Shown: positions 1 through 13,241 of the stretch, piece by piece
Layout: each line of letters opens with the position of its first letter
Position numbering within the stretch: the first letter of the stretch is position 1
NCBI RefSeq assembly: GCF_006345805.1
Contig: NC_043000.1
Location: forward strand, 153,140,001-153,204,000
Source of the DNA: Octopus sinensis
Taxonomy: Eukaryota
DNA length: 64,000 nucleotides
Direction of reading: 5' to 3'
Notes under the pieces: model-generated
Database searches by the model: none
What the model was told of the DNA's origin: nothing
The model's input: only the letters and a program-made list of their open reading frames with translations
Position numbers and translations under genes: made by a program

Positions 1-82
1 CTTATCCATTTCTAACTATATGCCTTCATATATGTCTGTGCGTTTAGATACGTATACATTAACACACATGCATTCATAATAT

Positions 83-142
<60 letters not shown>

Positions 143-145
143 TGT

Positions 146-781
146 GTATATATATCAACTCACAACCCTATAAAACAATTAGGCATATTGTACAAAAATC
201 TGCCTATGTTCACTAGAGATCTAAAAATGAACAATATTCTGAAAACACATAAATTCATCAAACGCAAAAGGCAAAACAAACCGCTAAAAAGACTTCTAAC
301 AAATGCGAAGCTTTACACAACAACCACGAAACCAACGGTTAAAAAATGTGGAAACCTTAACTGTGGAACATGACCCAACCTATTGGGAGGCTCGGAATTC
401 ATATTCAAACAAGGAGAGAGGTTCACAATTAAATCCAACTTCACTTGACCTTCCGAGAATCTAATTTATGTTATAACTTGCTCAGTTTGTGGACATAACT
501 ATATAGGAGAGACAAGTATGACATTGAGACGGAGAAACACACTACATAAGGAACAGATCCGGTTCCCGCAATACAGACAGATTCCTTTCAGTGAACACAT
601 AGAGAGATGTGCAGGTAATATCCAACCAAACTTCACAGTTTTCTCCATCTACCAGTGCAAAGAAATAATTTTGATAAAAGAACGTTTAAATAAAGAAAAT
701 TTGTTCATTGAACAAATACAGAACACGTCTAAATATGAACTCATAACCAAGTTTGATCTCAGTATATATTTTAATTCATGA
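146..781 (+). pseudogene. Penelope-like element (PLE) 3' ORF remnant with GIY-YIG endonuclease
   Basis: ORFs 188..373 and 518..781 share a frame, broken by TGA stops. It reads ...KCGNLNCGT*...NLIYVITCSVCGHNYIGETSMTLRRRNTLHKEQIR..., matching the IY-x-I-x-C..C...YIGET..L..R...H motif of PLE GIY-YIG domains, with a Cys-rich linker upstream. Confidence 0.85.
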
Positions 782-1015
782 TCACATGCCCATCACTGTA
801 CATATTTCTTCTCACTGCTTTAACTTTCAAGATTTTGTGTATATTTAGTTCTTCCGCAAAAGATGAAAAATTATCTCACTTGTCCTCAATAATAACGATC
901 ACTAATTACCTTTCCTTAGATTTTTCTACATGTTGAATCATTCATTCATAAACTTCTCCACACGCACCATGGGCTAAAATCTTCTTAAGAAAATAGTAAA
1001 TTACAATAATTTCAA

Positions 1016-1048
1016 TGTCATGATTAGCGAAAGCGAAATCGGTCGACA
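1016..1048 (+). ncRNA. Degenerate minimal type I hammerhead ribozyme in PLE pseudo-LTR
   Basis: TGTC-ATGATTA-GC-GAAA-GC-GAAA-TCGG-TC-GACA. Stem I is TGTC/GACA, the CTGANGA box carries two substitutions, stem II is 2 bp with a GAAA loop, followed by GAAA, a near-palindromic stem III and a GTC site. It lies about 240 bp downstream of the GIY-YIG ORF. Confidence 0.6.
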
Positions 1049-1256
1049 AACACAATATAAAGTATATTAAAAATATATCAAAACTATGTAAATTCCTTCT
1101 TTTATTTTATGAATATTTTTACATTACGACTCACCACGAGGGAATAATCGAAATTCTCTCCTTTGTGTTTGGGAACAATAGCCATATGAGAATTTACAAT
1201 ATATATATGTGTGTGTGTGTGTGTGTCTGTGTATGTATATATGTATGTATGGCATG

Positions 1257-1319
<63 letters not shown>

Positions 1320-3028
1320 TCAAAATATTCAATGAGAATACAATATACTGAATTAAGAATAAGTGCTCTTCGTAGGGAAACACACACACACACATATATA
1401 TATTTATATACATAGCAGAGATATCTTCGCAAATTATGTTTTCGTGAATTATTTACTCCGTATTAAAATATATACATAGGTATATATATTTCATATATTT
1501 GATATAAAATATTTATAATATACATCCATATGTATGCTCCTACCTTTCTGCACCTGTTTGTGAAATGTTTGCAAATATTATTTGCAAATATGTTTGTGTA
1601 ATATGTTTGTAAATATTATTTCATACTCAGTAATTCTAGATAGAATCCCACATTTTAGACAGAGTAAATATTTATTATATTAGTAATAGTTCCAGCATTC
1701 ACCTACACAGGTTTATTCCCTGGTCCGTGGAGAAATCATACACAGCCCTGGGTTGTTGGATGATTGACTTAGCCGTCGACTTCATATGTCGTGATATGTT
1801 ATGATGTTAACTTACGCTTTCTGGTGCTCACATGATTACGGTCTACAAAAATTCATTTGCGCACGTGATTACGTTTAATATGGTTCAATAATTCTGTTAA
1901 CATTAAACAGGAAATACTTGTTCCCGTGGCAGCATTTAGAAATTAGATTTGTCTTTCTACTGAAGGTGTCTGTTGTATTGACTGGTAAAAATAAAATTCA
2001 CGTTGTCATTGCAGAGGTAGTGATTATATGCACAAGGGGTGCACCTGATTCTGAATTTCAGTATAAATCTCATTGTCTTAAAGGTGTTAACGTTGTTATC
2101 TTTCATATGTCTTAACACAGCTTACCTTCTGCAGAGACGAAATAGGTTTATTAAGAAAAAGGATATCATTTATGTGCTTCGAAAAATATACATACCATAT
2201 TCATGAAAAGAATTTAAAAAATGAAGTATTGACATATTCTTTAAAGACATCATGTCTTGCTGTTCCGTTCCAGGTCATCAAAGATGAGCCAGCTAGAATA
2301 TAAAGAATCTCAATCAGATCACCTATGGCCTTTCTACTGCTGATATCTCAATCTAGCTTTGGGTGCACAGACCCCAAGTTTTGTTACTATTGGAGATAGT
2401 AGGACATCTGGTAAAGTTTTTTGTTTAAGAGTTATTCTGAATTTAGGGCTCTGCCGTATGATGCCAGTTCATTCCTTATTAATAGATTTGGTCCACGACT
2501 TGTGATTCAGATATTTGAAGCGGTCTTGTTTTTTTTTTATATCTGTCATTCAGAGAATGCGCCACTCAGCTGAACCGACACCAGCTGACACAGCATATAA
2601 GATGGTATCCCTGCGTTTTTTTAACGGTAGAGTATGAATTGAGAGAAATTTTACAGCAATTTCTATCAGGTTCAGCGACGACGTACAGACTCCATGAATC
2701 TGGAGATAACTTTCTATTTATGCCAATTTACTAAACAAACCGTATGAGGCTTACGTTAAACTGCTATTGCTTTGCAATCAGATAAACATGTGTGAACTTA
2801 TTCTGCGTCGGGATTGTAACTTCACTGTAATGCACGCTTGCACTGCCAGCAGGAGATTCGAGCTTCGGTTTCACTCGGTAGTTTTGTTGATACTTTTAAC
2901 TTTTGAGGTATTTTTTTCTCTAGAAATTTATACCGATTTGTATTACTCACATAAATATCCTTAAAAACATACATACGTACATGCATAGATGCACGCATTC
3001 ATGCATACATACAGAGAGACATACACAA

Positions 3029-3071
<43 letters not shown>

Positions 3072-3715
3072 TATTTGAGGAAAAGCTTTTCTTTTAAATA
3101 TTTGTAATGAAAAGCACGGCTGTTCTACCTTTATTTTACTAAGATTCTTTCTTGTTTATCAGTTCTTTTTACTCTTCCTAAATCCATTATCGTGTTTAGA
3201 TCTTCACGTCTGGATGGAGTGATTGGTGTTGGTGTGTGTTACTGCTATTCTAAACTGCTGCTTCATGGGACTAGTAGGACTAGTGCATTGCAAGTTTAAA
3301 TTACAGAGCATTGGCCGTTCTCTTTCATTATTCACAAAGTGTTAGTAAGTAATGTACGCTACACTTGTGCAGGTCTAGCATTGTCTTGTGGAATTAGTAT
3401 CACTTCCATTATTAGTCAATCACCTGCCTATGTGAACAATTCTGTATAGAAATGTTGTTTTTTAATGCAGTTATAATTTTCTGGAGTATTAACATCAACT
3501 TTACTGTGATAAAATTGTTTTATATATCTACACTGAATATCGAAGGGTTTGCTCTGTGATTGTCATCAAGTGTTCGTCGAGGAGCACAAAGTGTAAAAAT
3601 GGAATTCTCTACTTTAGAAAGTTAGGTAGAGAACGTGCTTCAGAAAAAGAAAAATTACTAAGATTGAAATATGTCTTAAGTTAACATATTTGTAGCTGAA
3701 ATGATTTATCTAATA

Positions 3716-4091
3716 CTAGCAGTATCGCCCGGCGTTGCTCGGGTTTGTAAGGGAAATAACTATATAAGCATTTTTAGAGAGTTATAGCCAAAAAATAGCA
3801 AACAAAAAAATGGGGAAAAATGATGGTAAATCTTTTTTTAAATCGTTGACTCATCGTAGACATTTTTAGAGAGTTACTTCCCTTATTTAATAGCGAAAAA
3901 ATGCATTAAAATGGAAAAAAAATGATGGTAAATTTTTTTTTAAATCGTAGACTCATCGTAGACGCGCGCTAATACCCAGAAGGGCTCGATATGAATCACG
4001 ACTATAAGATACCCGGTTTTGGTTAAACTGTAGTTAGGAATCTAAATCGTAGGAGACAGACAGCACACAACCTCACTTTTATATATAAAGA
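3716..4091 (-). mobile_element. Non-autonomous Helitron
   Basis: On the minus strand it starts A|TC at 4091 and ends CTAG|T at 3716, with a GC-rich subterminal hairpin (cccggcgttgctcggg, 3728-3743) just before CTAG. No TSD. Contains an internal ~95 bp duplication. Confidence 0.8.
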
Positions 4092-4537
4092 TTAGTAACT
4101 GAAATATTGTTGTTTTTTCCCCAAACGCATAATTATTTCTAATTATGTTTTTCATGCGCACTACATTAAAACTGTTTGTAACTTTATAGCCCCTATGCAT
4201 GTTATTCTTTCAATACACGTCATTTATGGTTTGATTACTTTAAGCAGATATCATCGTTGATATATTCATTGAATTGAATTAGTTCTGTGTTGTTCTATAA
4301 CTTGCTTTACTCACTTTTTAGTATAACCGTTGTCGACTACTTTTGAATCATTGCGTAAAATTCTTCATATAGCATTTCGTTTTTGGGCTAGAATGTAAAT
4401 TTGAATGAAATAAAGATATCACCACCGACATCTTATATCTATGTGGACATTCACTGTCTTCATATAAGTCTAGGTATTTATGACTTTAGTGATATCTCGG
4501 TTATTTTCCAGGTTTATATTTAATGTATTTTTCTTGT

Positions 4538-4928
4538 ATTCTTTTATTTGTTTCACTTATTTGACTGTAGCCATGCTGGAGCACCGCCTTTAGTCGAACA
4601 AATTGACCCCAGGACTTATTGCTTGTAAGCCTAGTACTCATTCTATCGGGTCCTTTTGCCGAACCGCTAAACTACGGGGACGTAAACACACCAGCATCGG
4701 GTGTCAAGTGATGGTGGGGACATACACACATATATACAATGCACACATATATATGCACACACATATATACAAGGGCGTCCTTCAGTCTCCCGTCCGACAA
4801 ATCCACTCACAAGGCTTTGGTCAGCCCGAAGCTATAGTAGAAAACACTTGCCCAAGGTGTTACGCAGTGGGACAGAACCCAGAACCATGTGGTTGGTGAG
4901 CAAGCTACTTACCACGCAGCCACTCCTG
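4538..4928 (-). mobile_element. tRNA-derived SINE family A (CORE-like box, internal microsatellite)
   Basis: Matches other copies: head ggagtggctg.gtggtaagtagctt...gggttc.gtccc, then ccttgggcaagtg, an internal (TA/TG)n and a 3' part ending tgaaaca.gtaaaaga. Confidence 0.85.
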
Positions 4929-6999
4929 GCTAAAGAAAGTCCTTTTTTAGGCTATCCTCGATACTTGTGTTTTGAATAGTTGTTTTTGGTCTTCCTTTAG
5001 TTTTTCGTCATTTTCCATGATGTCCTTAACGATAAATATGTCATCAAAATGTCCGTTGTAGATTTATGTTCATGCCTTGATATCACTGTTTTCTATAGAT
5101 GCCATGTAGAATGTAGACCCTAAAGGTGGAACCTGGGGGTATTCTATTCATTCACCTACATAATTTGCTCTATGGACTACGAAGGGGTGCTTCTACCAGA
5201 TGCAAGATGTTTCTTTAAAATAGAAGACAGTATTATTAATTGATGTTTATATACATGGTTTAATAATATGGTTTATATTTTAAACATTGTCTTACTACAA
5301 GGTGAAAGTAATAAACATTCATATTCACTCAAGGTTAAAAAATTCTGGTACCGTTTAAAACCAATTCAATATATTTACGCCATTATTGATCATAGAAAAA
5401 GCATGAATATCCTGCAGTCAATTTCATTCTCCTTTCTTGTAAATTTACACATAGGAATATATTTACGTGTCTACGTGTGCATATGTGTGTGCGGATTGAT
5501 TTATTGAATGAGACATTCATTCGTTCGTTATATGTAGCAACAAACACACACACACACACACACAACACACACACACACCACACACACACACACATACACA
5601 CACACACACTCGATCTCACACTCTCACTCTCTCTCCTTTTTTTTTCTCTCTGACACATATTCACAGAATGTTATGTTTGTGTGTTTATCTCGCTTCTTTT
5701 TTTTAACGAAATGGTTTGCTTTCTTTCTGTTTTATAACTCTTTCAACACGCAAAACATTTTGTGTGAAAATTTCCACTCTTGTCACACACCAAGCTTGTG
5801 AGATATTCATTCGGGTTGAAAGTTTAAGGCCTGCATTGTGTTATAAAGAGTCATATATAAAAATTAAACCCAAAAGTGTTAATGAAGGTAGTTTCTATCT
5901 GCTTAAGAAAACACGGAAATGTTTTTTGCCCATTTGAAATATTTTCAATAATGAATCATTTTACTTCACGAAAGGCTTATAGATCTAAATAACTAAATCT
6001 GAAGGTCAGTAAACGAGGATTAATGGTTTTCATTCTTTATTTCATGTTCACACGCTAAAAGAAAACAAATGCATTTCCTGTATCATTCAGAGCATTCCAT
6101 AGACAAAAAACAGTAGACAAACAGCAAATATATGTACATATAAAAAACAAAAACAAAACTATGAAACAGCTATTTAGGTTACTTCTACGTTGGATATTCT
6201 TTAAAGAAAAACATTTAGTCTTAATGGTGTCATTGCACTGAGGCAGAGTTCACAGAAGGTCGATAAATAAATACTATATAAATAAATAATAGAAGATTTG
6301 AGAATCAAGGTTAATTGATCAATATTTAAATCTTCACTCTTATATGAGGAGAGGAAAAAGTACAAGTCAATAAATATTTATTTATCGCATGTAAATGTGA
6401 TCAGTGAAAAGTCAGTTGCCTGAATTTTCCGAATAGATGCATCTATCAATGGGTAAATAAACACTAAGTGACTCTCAACGAATTATTATTATTTCATGAG
6501 ATTTTGGCTCAATGTTGTAAACCATGAAAATAGTTAGCAATTATACATTGCCTCACGTATGTGCTTTTAAATACTCAGAAGAAAAAGGGGACAAAAAATC
6601 CTATTTAAGATAGCCGTGACAGGAGTTATTCTCAGGCCAAGACTTGAGTCGAACACATGCGACAGAGGATAAATATGTAAAAACACCCTAGGACGAGGTA
6701 TAGACATAAAGCTTACATAATGACTTATGACTTACAACAATATACTGACGCCTTCTATAGTGACTGTTTCTAACCATTATTTGCTAATAACGCACGCGCA
6801 GCCGTAAAATGACTTTACTCGAAACATTGATGCTTCTTCGTTTACATCAGGGCGTGATAACTTTTTTATATCTTTTTTTTAAATCAAATTTTGCATACGC
6901 GGATTACTTTCGCTGTTTCAGTTTCACATTCTCCTAAAATTAAGGTGACTCAAAGATCAGACTGCAAAACGTGAAAAGAAAATGTCGCGAGAAAAAGCC

Positions 7000-7042
7000 C
7001 TTTCATTCTTTCTTTCATTCTTTCTTTCTTTCTTTCTTTCAT

Positions 7043-7078
<36 letters not shown>

Positions 7079-7082
7079 TCAT

Positions 7083-7114
<32 letters not shown>

Positions 7115-7183
7115 TCCCTCCAACTCTCTCTCTATATATATACATATATACACGTATACGTATATATATATATATAATATATA

Positions 7184-7219
<36 letters not shown>

Positions 7220-7320
7220 TGTATGTATGTATGTATATATGTATGTATGTATGTATGTATATATGTGTGTATGTGTACATGCGAATATGTACACACATAC
7301 ATACATACACACACACACGT
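7000..7320. repeat. Compound microsatellite (TTTC)n-(TA)n-(TATG)n-(CA)n
   Basis: Direct reading. Confidence 0.95.
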
Positions 7321-7799
7321 GTGTGTGGATGACAGTCTAGAGACTAATAGCAGGAAGAAGCAAGCGAATGTGTGTGAGCGGAAAATTTGTTGACCGTGCG
7401 ATACTACAAATAGTATATTAGAAAATGACAGTGTAGCAAAATATAATGGTTTATGACAAAATAGCATATAAAATGTCATCCTCGTGGATAAAGACAACAT
7501 GTATGGAATAAGGTGCAGCCGAGAGTCATCATTACATAGAACCAAGCTGTTCAGAGGTCATCAGAGAATTGATCTATGGTTACATGTTGCGTGTAAAGAA
7601 AGCAACGGATAATGAGCTGTATGAACACAAGACAAATTCAGTTTAGTGAAAAACACAAAAACAAAACAGGAATGAGGACCATTACGAACGCAAACCATAT
7701 ACATTAGTCGAAGATTAAAACAAGAATAAATTCATTGAACTCGATATACAATGTACGAAATTTTTACTGTGCAAAGTTCGGTATCATTTTAATGATACT

Positions 7800-8004
7800 C
7801 TACTCTTTTACTTGTTTCAGTCATTTGACTGTGGCCATGCTGGAGCACCGCCTTTAGTCGAGCAAATCGACCCCAGGACTTATTCTTTGTAAGTCTAGTA
7901 CTTATTCTATCAGTCTCTTTTTCCGAACCGCTAAGTTACGGGGACGTAAACACACCAGCATCGGTTGTCAAGCGATGTAGGGGGGAACACAAACACACAA
8001 ACAT

Positions 8005-8037
<33 letters not shown>

Positions 8038-8232
8038 TATATATATATATATATGTATATACATATATACTACGGGCTTCTTTCAGTTTCCGTCTACCAA
8101 ATCCACTCACAAGGCCTTGGTTGGCCCGAGGCTATAGTAGAAGACACTTGCCCAAGGTGCCACGCAGTGGGACTGAACCCGGGACCATGTGGTTGGTAAG
8201 CAAGCTACTCACCACACAGCCACTCCTATGCC
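7800..8232 (-). mobile_element. SINE family A, full length
   Basis: Complete head, internal (CA)/(TA) tract and tail. Short flanking duplication atgatac. Confidence 0.9.
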
Positions 8233-8257
8233 TATGATACCGAAATTCTTTTCATAT

Positions 8258-8890
8258 TTTGGTACAAGGCCAGAACTTTTGAGGGGTGAGGCAGTCGATT
8301 ACATCGACCTCAGTTTTCAACTGGTACTTATTAGTTCAATCCTGAAGGAATGAAAGACAAGGTCGACCTCGGTAGAATTTATACTCAGGGCGTAATGACG
8401 GATGCAATGTTACTCAGAGTTTCGTCGGGGTCTACTAACGATTTTGCTAATTCACCGCTAATTTTTACGATACTAAAATTTATTTCTTTATAAACCACAA
8501 GAGGCTAAACACAGAGAGGCCAAACAAGGACAGACAAACGGATTAAGTCGATTACATCGATACCAGTTCGTAACTGGTACTTATTTAATCGACCCCGAAA
8601 GGATGAAAGGCAAAGTCGACTTCGGCGGAATTTGAACTCAGAACGTAGCGGCAGACGGAATACCTATTTCTTTACTACCCACATGGGGCTAAGCACAGAG
8701 GGGACGAACAAGGACAGACAAACGGATTAAGTCGATTATATCGACCCCAGTGCGTAACTGGTACTTAATTAATCGACCCCGAAAGGATGAAAGGCAAAGT
8801 CGACCTCGGCGGAATTTGAACTCAGAACGTAACACAGACGAAATACCGCTAAACATTTCGCCCGGCGTAGAACGTTTCTGCCAGTGTTCC
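8258..8890 (-). mobile_element. SINE family B cluster (one old copy plus a young dimer)
   Basis: Repeated core gtcgactttgcctttcatcctttcggggtcga...aagtaccag. Dimer at 8480-8890, diverged copy at 8258-8462. Confidence 0.85.
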
Positions 8891-10146
8891 GCGATTTTAG
8901 CGAAAATAGTACATTGTGGTGATAGAATGCTTCGATTAATGTGCTCGCTTCCAGCTAAGTTTCAGAGTATTTCTGATCCTTTGAACCTCGAAAAAAAAGT
9001 TTAAAAAACCCCCCAAAAACTTCAGTCATTCATAAAATGGAAATACTTCATGACATTAACACACGCTCGCTCATTAACAAAGACGCCTGACCGTCGAGCT
9101 GTGTTCCGATTCAGGTTTGATAAAATAGAGTGTTTGCTCTTTCGCTTTTAAAATTATGTTATTTTCTTTCAGAACATAATTATCACATTTTGTTGGTAAA
9201 ATAAATGTAGTATGTTGCGAAACTGAATTTGTAGTTTTTTATTTTATTTATGTTTGTGAAAATGCGTGTATTTTCGTTTGAGTTTTGTGGGTGTTAGTGT
9301 TTATATTAGCGCTAACAGCACAGTGGCGAACACCATTCTTGCTCCTCTTTAAGAAGAAGCCATCTTAAATTTCTTGTAAACAAATGTTTACAAAATCTAA
9401 AAATTCAAAATGTACAAAAAGAAAACCTTAGTTTTACACTCCGAAGTAAACGGGGGTGTATTTTTTTGTCTGCAAAACATTAGAAAAGACTTTTCCCATT
9501 AGACGGAAATGTAGGTTCAATCTTTTTGCGGAACAATTTCCAGAACGTCTGTTTGACATAAAACACAAATATGATAATAAAAGTTTCTAATTTAGGCTCA
9601 GGATCATCAATTTTGAGAGGATGGAATTCAGTCCATACTATCGACACTAGTGTTGTGTGATACTTTATGGACTCGGATGGTTGATACGCAAAGTTGACCT
9701 CGGCGTGATTTGAAATTATGAAGTGTTGGAAACATAAAACATTTTGTACGACTTTGCTAATCAAAAGCCAAACAGCCTCATCAGCAAAAACAAGAGGCTA
9801 AATAAATAATTAATACCAGATAGCACCGAATAAGGATGTAGCACGAAGCTGCATAACGAATCAAATTCCTAAATTAGGAGTGTTATGTGCCTTCAAATAT
9901 ATACACGTATGTGCGTGGGTGTGCGTATGCTCATCTGTGTATATATGTGTGTGAGAACCCAGCTTTTACAACATACGTCCAATCCCATCCAACAGAAAAC
10001 ATCAACAATGGCACTTCCTTAAATATTATGGAGAAGCAGCTATTCATTAAAGTTCAACTTCAAGTAATCAGAATAAGTACAAAATATTTTGAAGATGATA
10101 ATAGATATAGAAATCGAAGATTAAAAGCAATGTTATTAGATTTTGT

Positions 10147-10410
10147 GTGGAGGCGCGTGTCTTAGTGGTTAGGGTGTCAGCATCGTGATCGTAAGATTGT
10201 GGTTTCGATTCCTCGACCGGGCGACGCGTTGTGTTCTTGAGCAAAACACTTCATTTCAGGTTGCTCCAGTCCACTCAGCTGGCAAAAATGAGTAACGCTG
10301 CGATGGACTGGCGTCCCGTCCAGCTGGGGAATACATACGCCATAGAAACCGAGAAACCGGGCCCATGAGCCTGGCTAGGTTTTAAAAGGGCGCATTTATT
10401 TTTTATTTAT
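10147..10410 (+). mobile_element. tRNA-derived SINE family C
   Basis: A/B-box head (t.gcttagtggttagg...gtttcgattcc), cttgagcaaaacactt, a V-SINE-like gctgcgatggactggcgtcccgtccag segment and an (ATTT) tail. A near-identical inverted copy is at 17840-18098. Confidence 0.85.
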
Positions 10411-10756
10411 TAGATTTTGTAACAGAGCTAATGGCGACAACTAGGAAAAGTACTGACCTCAAAATAAGTGCAAAATCAACAATTTTGAAAATTCCTTTAT
10501 TGGAATATATTAGAATATACTGAAGGTCAGAAACCTGCTTCAACATTGGAAGAAAGCACGAAACCCCACAAAAAATTGTATCAAACACACATATAAAACT
10601 GCAACACATTGACAATATACATACATACATACATGCACACACATATATAATGTGTATGTATTTATATGTGTACGTATGTATGTATGTATATGTGTATTTG
10701 TATGTATGCATATATGTGTGTATGTATCTATCTACCTTGATTATATATATATATAT

Positions 10757-10788
<32 letters not shown>

Positions 10789-10807
10789 CATACATACACA
10801 CACACAC

Positions 10808-10852
<45 letters not shown>

Positions 10853-11708
10853 CATACACACAAAAAAAATTCTGATTTAGACACGAGGTCACTAAATTTG
10901 ATGGGATGCTTAGTTGATACCATTGAACCAATACTTGATCGGTACTTATCGACTCCGTTTAAGGTGGAGCGGAAAAGTTGATCTGAGTGGTATTTGAATG
11001 TCACAAGAGAGTTCTCCCGAAACACTACCGATTCTGCTAACTTGCTGCTAAGGAGAAACCATAAATATTATAATTAAATGTGATAAAATATATTGCAATG
11101 GAGGAACGGGTCTCCAAATGAAGTTAAGGCAAAAAATAACAAACTGAACTAGGCCATCAAGTCCATCCATCCTGGAAACAGATGTTACTATCAATAGCAT
11201 TAGAAGTTGATAATATTTAAAAGCTTTCTGTAAAGCATGAGCTAAACTCACACTAATAGCAAAAGTTGTGTACTTTGGCTGAACATAAAAGGAAAGAAAC
11301 TTAAACTGTTCATAAAATTTACGGCGAAAATGTACAAACTTAAAATGAGAAAGAAAAAAAATGGAGTCGTGAAAATATGTAAGAATGCAAAATATATTCC
11401 AGACTACAAAAAAAAAACTGATTAGGACAAGGGGTTCAAACAAAAGCACAAAATATTAGATGGTATGGAAGTTATATAAAAAAAAACAACAAAACAACTA
11501 TTTACATTCAATTTAACGCAATTTCAGCTGAAACTACGAAACAGCAGAATTTATTGAGGGTTTAAGAGAGATAAAGAGTATATATGATTATGGTAATTGG
11601 CAAAGGAACAATGTCCTTTCTGTGTGAGCTTCTTGTGAGGAAGAAGAATTTACTTGAAAATTATTATGAATGGTTTCTTAAAATATTCATATTCAGAAAA
11701 AGAAATAA

Positions 11709-12122
11709 GGCGCAGGAATAGCTGTGTGGTAAGTAGCTTGCTAACCAGCCACATGGTTCCGGGTTCAGTCCCACTGCGTGGCATCTTGGGCAAGTGTCTT
11801 CTGCTATAGCCCCGGGCCGACCAAAGCCTTGTGAGTGGATTTGGTAGACGGAAACTGAAAGAAGCCTGTCGTATATATGTATATATATATATATATGTAT
11901 GTGTGTGTATGTGTTTGTGTGGCTGTGTTTGTCTCCCTAGCATTGCTTGACAATGTCCCCGTTACTTAGCGGTTCGGCAAAAAGAGACCGATAGAATAAG
12001 TACTGGGCTTACAAAAGAATAAGTCCCGGGGTCGAGTTGCTCGATTGAAGGCGGTGCTCCAGCATGGCCGCAGTCAAATGACTGAAACAAGAGTAAAAGA
12101 GTAAAGAGTAAAAAGTAAAGAG
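11709..12122 (+). mobile_element. SINE family A, full length with small internal deletion
   Basis: Head ggcgcagga.t.gctgtgtggtaag through a (gagtaaa) tail. Confidence 0.9.
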
Positions 12123-12559
12123 TAACCTTTCGAAATTGAGAATTACGGCCAACGAGGCTTATTTTCATAACTTTCAAACTGTCACGCCTGTTCCTGCCCA
12201 TATTGTCAGTTTGAAGAAAACAATATGGCATTGAAATATTATAAGATTCCTGTCACTTCAAATTGGAGCAATCACTGAACAAATCCAAAATTGAAAAAAT
12301 AGTAGAAAAGGAACTGTTCTAGGTAGAAGCGAGAAGGAGGGGGGGGGGCGCCGGCATGTCAAAACATTAGAAATAACAGCAAAAAAACATTAAAACATAC
12401 GAGCAAATAAAATATATTTAAAAGCTACCAGCAAACCAAATGCAGTTGCTAGAAATAATCGTCAAAATCTTGATTAAAACAAACATATATGGGTCAAAAT
12501 ATTCAAGAACGAAAGTTTGCAATACACTCTAGGATTTTATGAAATAGATTATCTTTCTC

Positions 12560-12895
12560 ATATCTTTTTCACCACATAAATTCGCAAAAATACGAGCAAA
12601 CCATGGAACGGTGTGTCTCATATCGGCACTTGTCTCCACTCTTTAAAGACACTCATGTACTCTAAATTAGTTGAGTCTGAGTCCCATCTTTTGAGTTTAT
12701 AAATTTACTGCTATGGTTCACAGTTTATGTTTGAAATCATAGCTATCGATTTCTGGGATATCATTATAAGCTCGTCTCAGGTCACTGAAGATAGTAGTTC
12801 CTGGAAGAACTGAGTGTCGTCTGCAGTCTTCTGGTATTTCACGGTTACGACTTGGTACAGCATAAAGGAAAACTTCCCTCACACTCCTTGTGCGC
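12560..12895 (-). pseudogene. Merlin/ISXO2 (IS1016-like) DDE transposase remnant
   Basis: Minus-strand ...VLPGTTIFSDLRRAY...FKHK then (frameshift) VNHSSKFINSKDGTQTQLI. This matches the Merlin motif PGT.I.SD.W.AY...H..VNH...F.....HTQ.IE. Confidence 0.75.
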
Positions 12896-13241
12896 ATGGG
12901 CAGCATCTTTAGTTATTACGGAAACAGAGTTCTTTGCAAACAGTTATGAAACACGTGGTGGTTATACTCCTTAATTACTATGGAAACAGATTTCTTTGCT
13001 TACAGAGTGATGTGCAAAATACTCGCTTCTGATTTGCTAAAATACCCAAATTTTGCAAACTTTAAAGGCTAATAACTTTTTAATGATAAATTTATCGGAA
13101 AAATTATTTTCATTTTCTTAGTTCGTATACAACACTTAATCTATATATCAAATTTGAAATTGGAGATATTGATTCAAACCACAAAGATCCGAAAAATGTT
13201 GCTTCTTGTTTAGCTAGGTTACATTACTTTTTCTTTCTAGA

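Noticed and set aside
2260-2415. Possible exon bounded by ttccag ... ggtaaag
   Set aside because: All three frames contain stops, so it has no support as a coding exon.
8750-9004. Recurrent 'MRNWYLIYRPRKDERQSRPRRNLNSE' and 'RHLPKVPRSGTEPGTMWL' ORFs
   Set aside because: Antisense readings of SINE B and SINE A. The recurrence reflects repeat copies.
10147-10220. tRNA-like sequences (also 11709, 29778, 43170)
   Set aside because: These are SINE heads with A/B boxes that continue into SINE bodies, with no convincing cloverleaf.
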